Below are positions 9,284-17,693 of a stretch of 64,000 nt of DNA, one piece after another (within the stretch, counting starts at the first letter, position 1; each line of letters opens with the position of its first letter). The stretch is taken from NCBI GenBank assembly GCA_947472995.1, contig CANJBO010000003.1:22917-86916 (forward strand), read 5' to 3'. Under the pieces are notes generated by a model. It was not told the DNA's origin, made no database searches, and saw only the letters and a list, made by a program, of their open reading frames with translations. The DNA is from Chloroflexota bacterium. Lineage in GTDB: Bacteria; Chloroflexota; Dehalococcoidia; UBA2979. The position numbers were made by a program, and so were the translations under genes.

Positions 9284-11014
9284 TTGAACGATTCCAACTA
9301 CTGGCAGCGGACGATCGCGAGCCCGGGGCTGAACCGGCGCGCGTTCCTTCGATCCGCGGCGATCACCGGCGTGGGCGCGGCAGCGTTCCTGGCGGGTTGC
9401 AAGAGCTCCGACTCGGGCTCGTCGCCCACGGGTGGCGCGTCGAGCGGCGGCGCGACCAGCGCGCTGTTCGCGGTGCCGGAGGGCAAGCGCGGCGGCACGA
9501 TCACGGACGTCGGCCTCGACCCGACGACGGGCTGGGACCCGCACGCGACCACCTCGTACCTGACGAACAACGTCACGGAGCCGATGGGCATCAAGCTCAT
9601 CCGCCACGACTACCGCAAGACGCCGCCGTTCTTCTCGGGCAACGAGGAGCTGATCATTGGCGAGCTCGCGGAGAAGTGGGAGTCGCCGGACCCCCTGACC
9701 TTCAACCTGACGCTCCGCAAGGGCATCAACTGGCCCGACCAGGAGCCGATGAAGGGCGCGCCGATCACGGCGCAGGACGTGAAGTACGCGTTCGAGCACG
9801 CCAAGCTGCCCACGAGCCAGACGCAGGAATACGTCTTCCAGAACATCAAGTCGGTCACCGCGATCGACGACTACACGGTGCAGATCAAGGCGAACTACCC
9901 CAACTGGCGGTTCGCGATCGACCTGGACTCGTACAACACGATCATCACGCCCAAGGGCATCTACGAGTGGGCCGGCGGCGACATCAAGGACCCGGCGAAG
10001 GCTCGCGGCGGTGGGCCGTGGCTGCTGGATGACTACCAGCCCGGTTCCGTCATCAAGTTCAAGCCGAACGAGGCGTACCGCAAGGTCTTCGGCGTCCCGT
10101 ACGCCGACCAGCTGAACGTCGCGCTGCTCGCCACCGGCGCGCCGCGCCTCCAGGCGTGGGTCGCCAAGCAGATCCAGTTCTTCACCCCCGTCACCGGCCA
10201 GACCGAGGCCGGCAAGAAGGGCCGCCCGGACGCGAAGACGGTGGACGACTTCTACGCGCCCACCAGCACGAACGCCCTCTTCATGAAGGTCGGGCAGAAG
10301 CCCTTCGACGACGTCCGCGTGCGCCGCGCCATGTCCATGGCGATCGACCGCGACGGCTGGGGCAAGACGCTCCAGACGGAGTACAAGGCGGAGAGCGGCC
10401 CGATCACCTGGGGCTTCCCGACGTGGAAGCTCGGCCTCGACAAGATGCCGGCGGAGACCCAGAAGTGGGCGAAGTACGACGTCGCCGAGGCGAAGAAGCT
10501 CTTCGACGCCGCGGGTGTCCCGGCGAAGAACTACGTCATGCACATGTACCCGTACAACGCGACCTACACGCCTGAGGCGCAGCTGATCACCGACTCCCTC
10601 AAGAAGATCGGTCTCAACACGCAGGTCAAGATCTACGAGTACAACAACTGGCTGTCGACGGCCTACATCGGCAAGTACGACGACCTGCTGTACGGGCCGG
10701 ACAACCTGGACCGCATCACGCAGCAGCTCGCCGACCGCCTCCAGAAGGGCTCGTCGCGCAACCACTCTGACGTGGCGGACGACGCGTCGCAGAAGCTCCT
10801 CGCGGACTTCCAGGCGGCGAAGGGCCCGGCCGAGGCGAAGCCGATCTCGGACCAGCTCCAGATCCGCTCGGTCGACCAAGTGTACGCCATCTACCGGCCG
10901 CAGGGGACGACGCCCCACTCGTGGGACGCGAGCATCCAGAACTACGGCGAGAAGGGCGACCTCGCCATGTACTACCAGAACTACTACCGCGACGCGTTCT
11001 ACTGGCTCGCCTAG
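9284..11014 (+). CDS. ABC transporter substrate-binding lipoprotein, family 5, Tat-type signal
   Basis: TTG 9284 follows AGGAGGGA. NRRAFLRSAAITGVGAAAFLAGC is a twin-arginine signal plus lipobox. LTFNLTLRKGINWPDQEPMKGAPITAQDVKYAFE is typical of SBP_bac_5. Confidence 0.85.
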   Translation: MNDSNYWQRTIASPGLNRRAFLRSAAITGVGAAAFLAGCKSSDSGSSPTGGASSGGATSALFAVPEGKRGGTITDVGLDPTTGWDPHATTSYLTNNVTEPMGIKLIRHDYRKTPPFFSGNEELIIGELAEKWESPDPLTFNLTLRKGINWPDQEPMKGAPITAQDVKYAFEHAKLPTSQTQEYVFQNIKSVTAIDDYTVQIKANYPNWRFAIDLDSYNTIITPKGIYEWAGGDIKDPAKARGGGPWLLDDYQPGSVIKFKPNEAYRKVFGVPYADQLNVALLATGAPRLQAWVAKQIQFFTPVTGQTEAGKKGRPDAKTVDDFYAPTSTNALFMKVGQKPFDDVRVRRAMSMAIDRDGWGKTLQTEYKAESGPITWGFPTWKLGLDKMPAETQKWAKYDVAEAKKLFDAAGVPAKNYVMHMYPYNATYTPEAQLITDSLKKIGLNTQVKIYEYNNWLSTAYIGKYDDLLYGPDNLDRITQQLADRLQKGSSRNHSDVADDASQKLLADFQAAKGPAEAKPISDQLQIRSVDQVYAIYRPQGTTPHSWDASIQNYGEKGDLAMYYQNYYRDAFYWLA

Positions 11015-11051
11015 AGCCGGTCGCCGCGTAGGCAGCGAGTTCACCACGGCT

Positions 11052-11083
11052 ACTCCAACGTCCGCCTTGGCGGGCGTTGGAGT
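11052..11083 (+). terminator. hairpin terminator after the binding-protein gene
   Basis: ACTCCAACGTCCG / CGGGCGTTGGAGT forms a 13-bp stem with one mismatch and a 6-nt loop. It lies 38 nt after the stop and is followed by GGTCGTTTCC. Confidence 0.55.
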
Positions 11084-11454
11084 GGTCGTTTCCTGTATCC
11101 CGGCTCTCCGGAGCGCATCGTCCAGGTGTCTGGGAGACGTTTTTCGGTCTTCCTGGAGGCTTCGGGGTCGCTGGGAGCACCGATTCCTGGGCGGTCGGCC
11201 TCCCGTGGCAAGGGTTCTCGAACCTCGGGCGGGCGGCGGCTGTGGACGGGGGCTCCGGCCTCTTCTCGGCGCTCAGGCGCTCGGCCCTCGCCCGGGGTTC
11301 GTCCAGACGAACCGCCGAGCCGGGCCGTAGCCCGTGCCGGGGCATGCAGGGGGGGCTCCTCGAGGTGCTCCTCGGCCATCAGAACGACGGGCTGGAAGGC
11401 GCAGGTGCGCCCTCCACGGAGCGCTTCCGGGTGACGCGGATCAGTCACATCTGC

Positions 11455-11483
11455 TTGTAATTTCAGATCGTATCCGCTAATAA
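11455..11483 (+). promoter_or_regulatory. candidate sigma70-type promoter TTGTAA-N17-TAATAA
   Basis: Only AT-rich patch in the 640-bp spacer. The hexamers and the 17-nt spacing were read directly. It would give a leader of about 170 nt before the permease gene at 11654. Confidence 0.4.
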
Positions 11484-11653
11484 CGTGGTGCTGGCGCAAC
11501 GCTCCGCCGGCATCCGGGGATTCGATACTCGCCACCACCGGGACCGAGTACGGATTGAGCGATCCGGCCTTACGCAGCGGCGGGTGACCGCTACGTGGAG
11601 GGCGCTAGGATGCGCACTGCCGTTGGGCAGGGGGCATCCGCAAGGAGGGGAAT

Positions 11654-12595
11654 GTGGCCGGTTACGCGATCCGACGGTTCTTGCTGTTCTTCCCGACGAT
11701 CCTGCTCGTCTCGATCATCGTCTTTACGCTGCTCCAGCTCGCCCCGGGCGACGCGGCGGACATCATCGGCCAGGACGCCTCTCCGGCGAAGGTCCAGGCG
11801 ATCCGCGAGCAGCTCCATCTGAACGACCCGATCCCCGTGCAGTACCTGCGCTGGGTCGGCAGCCTCCTCCGCGGTGACCTGGGCAAGTCGCTCTTCAGCG
11901 GCCGCCCGGTGATCACGGACGTGCTGTACCGCCTCCCGACCACGTTCGAGCTGGGCATCATGTCGATGGTGTTCACTGCCGTGATCGGATCGACGATCGG
12001 GATCATCTCCGCCGCGAAACCCGAGGGGCTCGCGGACCAGGTGCTCCGGACGTTCGCGGTCCTGGGCCTGTCGCTGCCGGTCTTCTGGATTGGCGCGATC
12101 GTCCTGGTCGTCCCGGCGTTGAAGTTCGGCTACAGCCCACCCGCGTACTACGAGGGGCTGCTGTCCGACCCGTACACCAACCTCCGCATCCTGGTCCCCG
12201 CGGCGATGGTGCTGGCGTTGAGCGGTATCGGGCGCATCTCGCGCCTCATGCGCGCGACGATGCTGGACGTCATGAGCCAGGACTACATGCGGACCGCGCG
12301 GGCGAAGGGCCTGAAGGAGACGACCGTCCTCTTCCGGCACGGCCTCCGCAACGGCCTCATCCCGGTCGTGACGCTGCTGGGCCTCGAGGTGCCGTTCCTC
12401 TTCGGCGGCTCGGTCATCGTCGAGCAGATCTTCCACATCCCCGGGATGGGCAACTACCTGTACGACGCGATCAACAAGCGCGACATCTACGTGGCGATGG
12501 ACATGAACATGTTCATTGCCACGATCGTCCTGATGTCCAGCCTCACGGTGGACCTGACCTACGGGCTGATCGACCCCCGCATGCGCACCCGCTAA
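11654..12595 (+). CDS. ABC transporter permease (DppB-like)
   Basis: GTG 11654 follows AAGGAGGGG. Starts with AGYAIRRFLLFFPTILLVSIIVFTLLQLAPGDAADI and is polytopic. Confidence 0.9.
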   Translation: MAGYAIRRFLLFFPTILLVSIIVFTLLQLAPGDAADIIGQDASPAKVQAIREQLHLNDPIPVQYLRWVGSLLRGDLGKSLFSGRPVITDVLYRLPTTFELGIMSMVFTAVIGSTIGIISAAKPEGLADQVLRTFAVLGLSLPVFWIGAIVLVVPALKFGYSPPAYYEGLLSDPYTNLRILVPAAMVLALSGIGRISRLMRATMLDVMSQDYMRTARAKGLKETTVLFRHGLRNGLIPVVTLLGLEVPFLFGGSVIVEQIFHIPGMGNYLYDAINKRDIYVAMDMNMFIATIVLMSSLTVDLTYGLIDPRMRTR

Positions 12596-12651
12596 GGCAC
12601 GCATTCGGACTGGCCCGCAAGTTTGATGACTGACAAGAAGGAGCAACCGCG

Positions 12652-13560
12652 ATGATGCAGCAAAGCGTTGCAGAACCGGCCGCCGTAACGTTCACCATGC
12701 CGGCGCGCAAGTCGCGCGCCCAGCGGATCATGCGCATCCTGATCAGGAAGCGGCTGATGACCTTCAGCTTCTTCATCCTGATCGTGATCGGCCTGGCCTC
12801 CGCGCTCGCCCCGTGGATCTCGCCGTACTCGTACGTCGCGACGGACACCGCGAACACGCTGTCGAGCCCGACGCGCCTGCACTGGTTTGGCTCCGACGTC
12901 GTCGGCGCGGACACGTTCGCCCGCACCCTGTACGGCGGGCAGGTCGCCTTCATGGTCGGCGGCTTCGCCTCGGTCATCTCGCTGGGCATGGCCCTCGCGA
13001 TGGGGCTGACCACGGTGCAGATCGGTGGCTGGTTCGACATCCTGCTCCAGCGCGTCGTGGACGCCTGGCTCAGCCTGCCGTTCTTCGTCGTCGTGCTCAC
13101 CGCCGTCGCGATGTTCGGCCCCGGCCTCTGGACCGTCATCCTGATCCTCGGCGTGTCGAGGTCCTTCGGTCTCTCGCGCGTCATCCGTGGCTCGGCGCTC
13201 CGCGAGCAGGGCATGGTCTACATCGAGGCCGCCGAGTCCATCGGCGCGACCAAGCTGCGGATCGCGCTCCGGCACGTGCTCCCGAACTTGCTGCCCGTGG
13301 TGATCGTGCTCATCACGCTGGTCTTCGCGCAGTCGATCCTCGCGGAGGCGTTCCTGAGCTTCCTCGGCTGGGGCGTCCCGCCCCCCAAGCCCTCGTGGGG
13401 CTCGATGCTCAGCGGCCAGGTCATCCAGTACATGTACCAGCAGCCGTGGCTCGGCGTGTTCCCCGGCGTCGCGCTCACCGCGACGGTGTGGGCCGCGAAC
13501 CTCGCCGGCGACGGTCTGCGCGACATCCTGGACCCGCGTCTCCGCGGCCAGAACGTCTAG
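12652..13560 (+). CDS. ABC transporter permease (DppC-like)
   Basis: AAGGAG SD. Contains HWFGSDVVGADTFARTLYGGQVAF (DppC-type motif) and is polytopic. Confidence 0.9.
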   Translation: MMQQSVAEPAAVTFTMPARKSRAQRIMRILIRKRLMTFSFFILIVIGLASALAPWISPYSYVATDTANTLSSPTRLHWFGSDVVGADTFARTLYGGQVAFMVGGFASVISLGMALAMGLTTVQIGGWFDILLQRVVDAWLSLPFFVVVLTAVAMFGPGLWTVILILGVSRSFGLSRVIRGSALREQGMVYIEAAESIGATKLRIALRHVLPNLLPVVIVLITLVFAQSILAEAFLSFLGWGVPPPKPSWGSMLSGQVIQYMYQQPWLGVFPGVALTATVWAANLAGDGLRDILDPRLRGQNV

Positions 13561-13582
13561 CCAGACGACTCCGGCATGGTCG

Positions 13583-13609
13583 GTGGAGGGGCCCGCAAGG
13601 CCCCTCCAC
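13583..13609 (+). terminator. hairpin terminator after the permease genes
   Basis: GTGGAGGGGCC-cgcaa-GGCCCCTCCAC, a perfect 11-bp stem 23 nt after the stop. Confidence 0.6.
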
Positions 13610-13651
13610 TGCGTCCGCTTCGAGGCATCAGCGCGCCGCTGTCACCGAGAC

Positions 13652-13680
13652 TTGACGCCGCAACGGTCGCGCTTTAGCGT
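13652..13680 (+). promoter_or_regulatory. candidate promoter TTGACG-N17-TAGCGT
   Basis: Hexamers and 17-nt spacer read directly. It lies about 75 nt upstream of the first CoA-transferase gene. Confidence 0.4.
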
Positions 13681-13755
13681 CACCGCCACGCGCGCCGGGC
13701 CTCGGCTCCGCGCCGTCCTTCCGTCTGACCCTCTGTCGAGCAGGTAAAGAGCACC

Positions 13756-14967
13756 ATGACCACTGATGCCTTGCGGGACCTGAGCGTCCTCGAATGCGGC
13801 ACCCGGCTCAGCGTCGCCATGTGCGGCAAGCTGCTGGCCGACCTCGGCGCGACCGTCACGAAGGTTGAGCCGATCGGGGGCGACCCCGCGCGCCGCGTCG
13901 GCCCGTTCCCGGGTGACGTCCAGCACCACGAGCAGAGCGGACTCTTCGCGTACCTCAACCGCGGGAAGCGCGGCATCACGCTCGACCTCGACACCGCCGC
14001 CGGCCGCGAGGCGTTCGGGCGGCTGGCGTCGGAGGTCGACATCGTGATCGCGGGCGGCACCTACGACGAGCTCGACCGCTGGGGCGTGCTGTACGACTCG
14101 CTGGGTGCGGCGAAGGAAGACCTGGTCTGCACCGCGATCACGCCGTTCGGCCTCACCGGCCCGCACCGCGACTACGTGGACAGCGAGATCGTGGTCACCG
14201 CGCAGAGCGGCATCGGGTACTACGTGCCCGGTCCGGTCGCCTCGCTGGACATGCCCCCGGTCGTCCCCGGCACGCACCTCACGCCGTTCACGGCGGGCGT
14301 GCAGGCCGCCTCCGCGACGATGGTCGCCATCACCGGCGGCGGCGGACGCCAGGTGGACGTGTCCGAGCAGGAGACGTTCCTGGACAGCCTCCGCATGTAC
14401 CTCAGCACCTACGCGTACGAGGGTGTCGTGCACCCTCGAGGTGCCGCCGACCAGGCGGTGGCCGTGCGCGGCCAGACCGGCAGGGCGAAGGACGGCTACA
14501 TCGCCAGCCTTCCCGGCCCGCAGTCGACCGACGCCGCGTGGATCAGCCTGGTCGACGCGATGGGCAACCCGGAGTGGGCGACGCAGCCCGAGATGTTCGA
14601 CCTGGAGTACCGCCGCGCGAACGCGCCGGACATCATCGCGAAGATCAACGCGTGGACCGCGGACATGCCGAAGGCGGAGATCGCGCGGCTGATGCAGGAG
14701 CGCCACCACCCGGTGCTCCCCACCAACGGCATCGACGACCTCCTCGTGGACGACCAGCTCATCGCACGCAACTACTTCGTGCCGATGGGCCAGCCGGGCC
14801 TCGAGGCGGCGAAGATGCCGGCGAGCCCGATCCGCTACGACGGCGCCTCGATCTCCTCGGGCGGTGGGCGCGCCCCGTTCCTGGGCGAGCACACCGTCGA
14901 GGTGCTGACCGGCGCCGGGTTCTCCGATGACGAAGTGAAGTGGCTCGACCGCTCCGGGGTCGTGTAG
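13756..14967 (+). CDS. family III (CaiB/BaiF) CoA-transferase paralog 1, apparently lacking the catalytic Asp
   Basis: The N-terminus LRDLSVLECGTRLSVAMCGKLLADLGATVTKVEP is the family III Rossmann-like signature. At the position of the CaiB-type A-D-Y-x-x-G motif the sequence reads HLTPFTAG (by-eye alignment anchored on GGGRQVDVSEQE). Confidence 0.85.
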   Translation: MTTDALRDLSVLECGTRLSVAMCGKLLADLGATVTKVEPIGGDPARRVGPFPGDVQHHEQSGLFAYLNRGKRGITLDLDTAAGREAFGRLASEVDIVIAGGTYDELDRWGVLYDSLGAAKEDLVCTAITPFGLTGPHRDYVDSEIVVTAQSGIGYYVPGPVASLDMPPVVPGTHLTPFTAGVQAASATMVAITGGGGRQVDVSEQETFLDSLRMYLSTYAYEGVVHPRGAADQAVAVRGQTGRAKDGYIASLPGPQSTDAAWISLVDAMGNPEWATQPEMFDLEYRRANAPDIIAKINAWTADMPKAEIARLMQERHHPVLPTNGIDDLLVDDQLIARNYFVPMGQPGLEAAKMPASPIRYDGASISSGGGRAPFLGEHTVEVLTGAGFSDDEVKWLDRSGVV

Positions 14968-14979
14968 AAAGGCGATGCG

Positions 14980-16194
14980 GTGACGCTTCCTCTTGAAGGC
15001 ATTCGCATCCTCGACCTGACGTGGTGGATCGCCGGGCCGCTGGCGACCATGCAGATGGCGATGATGGGGGCGGAAGTCATCCGCCTCGAAAGCCGCGCCC
15101 GCCCGGACAGCATGCGCCTGACGACGCCCTTCGCCGAGAACGAGCCGGGCGTGAACCGCAGCGGCCGCTGGAACAGCCACAACTTCAGCAAGCACTCCGC
15201 CGCGCTCAACCTCTCGAAGCCCGAGGGTGCCGAGCTGGCGAAGCGCCTCGTCGCGAAATGCGACATCGTGTTCGAGAACTTCGCCGGTGGCGTCCTCGAC
15301 CGCATGGGCCTCGACTACGAGACGCTGAAGGCGATCAACCCGCGCATCATCCTGTGCGCCGTCTCCGTCGTCGGTCGTGACGGGCCGAAGGCCAAGTACA
15401 TCGGCTTCGGCCCGGGCGCGATCGCGTACTCCGGCCTGGGCGCGATCACCGGGCACAAGGGCGGCGCGCCGGGCACCATCCCGCCGTTCCTCGCCGACTA
15501 CACCACCGCGTGGCACGCCGAGCTGGCGATGCTCGCCGCGCTGCACGAGCGCAAGCGCACCGGCGTCGGCCGCCGCATCGAGCTGTCGATGGTCGAGGCG
15601 GCTGCGAGCCAGCTGCCGGAGCCGTTCATCGACGCCACGCTCAACGGCCGCATCGCGCAGCCGAAGGGCAACGACCACCCCACGACCGCGCCGCACGGCT
15701 ACTACCCGTGCGCGGGCAAGGACCGCTGGATCGCGATCGCCGTCGAGGACGACGACCAGTGGTTCGGCCTGTGCGAGACCCTGGACGGCGCCGACTGGAA
15801 GTTCAGCGCCGACCCGCGCTTCGCGGACGGCCTGCTGCGCCACCAGAACCGCGAGGAGCTGGACGCCGCGATCGCCGAGGAGACGCGCCAGTTCGACGCG
15901 TTCTCGCTGGAGGGGCGCCTGCAGACCGCCGGGGTGCCGGCCGGCGTCGCGCTGACGCCCGCCGACGTCTACGCCGACCCGCACCTGCGCTCGCGCGAGG
16001 TGATCATCGCCCCGGAGCACCCGGAGGTCGGGCCGTACCCGATGGTCGGCCTCGCGTGGCACATCGTGGACCAGCCGCCCGTCGTCCGGCCCTCGCCGCT
16101 GCTCGGCCAGGACAATGCGTATGTGTGGGGCGAGCTCCTCGGCCTGACCGAGGCGGAGATCGCGGAGTACGAGGCGGCCGGCGTCATCAACTAG
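14980..16194 (+). CDS. family III CoA-transferase paralog 2
   Basis: GTG 14980. LEGIRILDLTWWIAGPLATMQMAMMGAEVIRLE, and an active-site region FLADYTTAW...TGVGRRIELSMVEAA with the Asp present. Confidence 0.9.
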   Translation: MTLPLEGIRILDLTWWIAGPLATMQMAMMGAEVIRLESRARPDSMRLTTPFAENEPGVNRSGRWNSHNFSKHSAALNLSKPEGAELAKRLVAKCDIVFENFAGGVLDRMGLDYETLKAINPRIILCAVSVVGRDGPKAKYIGFGPGAIAYSGLGAITGHKGGAPGTIPPFLADYTTAWHAELAMLAALHERKRTGVGRRIELSMVEAAASQLPEPFIDATLNGRIAQPKGNDHPTTAPHGYYPCAGKDRWIAIAVEDDDQWFGLCETLDGADWKFSADPRFADGLLRHQNREELDAAIAEETRQFDAFSLEGRLQTAGVPAGVALTPADVYADPHLRSREVIIAPEHPEVGPYPMVGLAWHIVDQPPVVRPSPLLGQDNAYVWGELLGLTEAEIAEYEAAGVIN

Positions 16195-16237
16195 CGCCGC
16201 GTCCGTGTCACCCTCGACAGGTGACGTGAGATGACAT

Positions 16238-16267
16238 GAAGAAGCCCGCCAATCGGCGGGCTTCTTC
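16238..16267. terminator. bidirectional hairpin terminator between convergent genes
   Basis: GAAGAAGCCCGCC-aatc-GGCGGGCTTCTTC, a perfect 13-bp stem. A second hairpin CGAGGCGTCC-gccgg-GGACGCCTCG lies at 16297..16321. Confidence 0.7.
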
Positions 16268-16334
16268 GTTCTGCGAGGTCGCGTGCGGTGCCCGTGCGAG
16301 GCGTCCGCCGGGGACGCCTCGTCGGTGCTGCGCG

Positions 16335-17390
16335 CTAGCCCCAGGCGCCGCCGTCGCGGAACTCCTTCGGAACGGCGCTGCCGTCCGGGAAGGTGTTGCC
16401 GACGCCCAGCGGCTCCGAGCCGCGGATCAGCTTGAGGCCGTTGTCCGACAGGATCATGCGCTTCTCGGCGTCCGAGAGCAGCGGCATGTTCAGCCAGATG
16501 TCGATGTCGCGCTTGCGGTCGTGGTTGAACTCCGTGAGCGGGAAGTTCGTGCCGAACGCGACGTGCTCCGCGCCGACGCGGCGGACCATCTTGGCGAGGT
16601 CCTCCATCAGCTCGGGGTGCTCGGCGACGCGCGGCGTGACCACCGTGGTGTCCGCGTAGATGTTCTCGAAGTTGTCGCACAGGTCCAGCAGGTCGCCGAA
16701 CGTGTTGTTGTAGCCACCCAGGGCGTGGGCCATGATCACGCTCAGGTTCGGGAAGGTCTCCAGCGTCTTGCGGAACTGGCGCGGACGGCCCCAGACGTCA
16801 CCCGTGCGCGGGTTGATCGAGATGCCGTTCTGCCCCATGCCGAAGCCGCCGCCGGTCTGCGCGAACAGCGGCATGTTGATCGACTGCATGAACTCGTACA
16901 TCGGGAACAGGCGCTTGTCGTCCGCGTGGTGGTGGGTCTGGACGTTGAGCAGCTTCACGCCGCGCGCGCCCTCGTCCCAGCGGTTCTGGACGTAGCTGGC
17001 GAGCTGGTCGCCGGCCATCAGGCGCGGGTCGACCATGATGAACGGGACGATCTCCGGGTGCTGCTGGCCGACCCAGCAACCCCACGCGTTGTTGTGGTCC
17101 ATGCGCGTGAGGAGCTTCTGGTCGAGCTTGATGCCCGAGTTGTTCTCCCACACGGACGTGCCGTACTCGCCGCGCTCGCGGAGGTCGCGCTGCCGCATCT
17201 CGCGGGTCGGGGTGACGATCATCGCCGCGGAGTAGGCGACGCCGGCGTCCTTGTGCCCGGCAAGGAAGTCCTCGGGCAGGCCGGTGTATGGGATCACCGC
17301 GGTGTGCGGGTTCCGCCAGAAGGCGCGCTGGCCCACTTCGGGGGTCCTGAAGAGGTGCGTGTGGATATCGACGACTGGGTAGTCTGGCAT
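16335..17390 (-). CDS. amidohydrolase_2 family metal-dependent hydrolase/decarboxylase/hydratase (ACMSD/LigI/LigJ-like TIM barrel)
   Basis: GGGAGGG SD. Starts MPDYPVVDIHTHLF (the HxH metal motif), has an internal VIMAHALGG, and a C-terminal VAFGTNFPL where the family normally has GSDxP. Confidence 0.8.
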   Translation of the reverse strand: MPDYPVVDIHTHLFRTPEVGQRAFWRNPHTAVIPYTGLPEDFLAGHKDAGVAYSAAMIVTPTREMRQRDLRERGEYGTSVWENNSGIKLDQKLLTRMDHNNAWGCWVGQQHPEIVPFIMVDPRLMAGDQLASYVQNRWDEGARGVKLLNVQTHHHADDKRLFPMYEFMQSINMPLFAQTGGGFGMGQNGISINPRTGDVWGRPRQFRKTLETFPNLSVIMAHALGGYNNTFGDLLDLCDNFENIYADTTVVTPRVAEHPELMEDLAKMVRRVGAEHVAFGTNFPLTEFNHDRKRDIDIWLNMPLLSDAEKRMILSDNGLKLIRGSEPLGVGNTFPDGSAVPKEFRDGGAWG

Positions 17391-17693
17391 GCGGTGTCCC
17401 TCCCGGGGGGTGTTTCAGATGAGCGGCGGTATGGTAGCAGCGAACGTCAACCGAGCCGCAAGCGCCATCCGGGGCGTCCCGCGCGCAGGGTGGACAATCT
17501 CCTTGGGCCAGCGTACAAACGAGTCGGCGCGCGGGCGACGCGCCACGATCCGGGAGCATCGACCGTGCTGCGGCGATCAGGATCCCGGACGACACACCGC
17601 TCTCCAGGCCGCGCGCACGACCGTGTCTGCGTCCTGCGACCCCCGGTGTGACATGACCGAGCACTGCTGCTCATGTTGATGGAGGAGAACCAA

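Noticed and set aside
9266-9290. HspR HAIR-like sequence (ACTCAAG ACTTGA)
   Set aside because: The half-sites are in the wrong order and spacing for CTTGAGT-N7-ACTCAAG. The sequence overlaps the SD and start codon of the binding-protein gene.
11050-11538. 162-aa minus-strand ORF and several 87-127-aa plus-strand ORFs in the importer spacer
   Set aside because: They have no SD sequences, Pro/Arg/Gly-rich low-complexity translations, no third-position GC pattern consistent with the neighbours, and mutually overlapping frames. I treated the region as noncoding.
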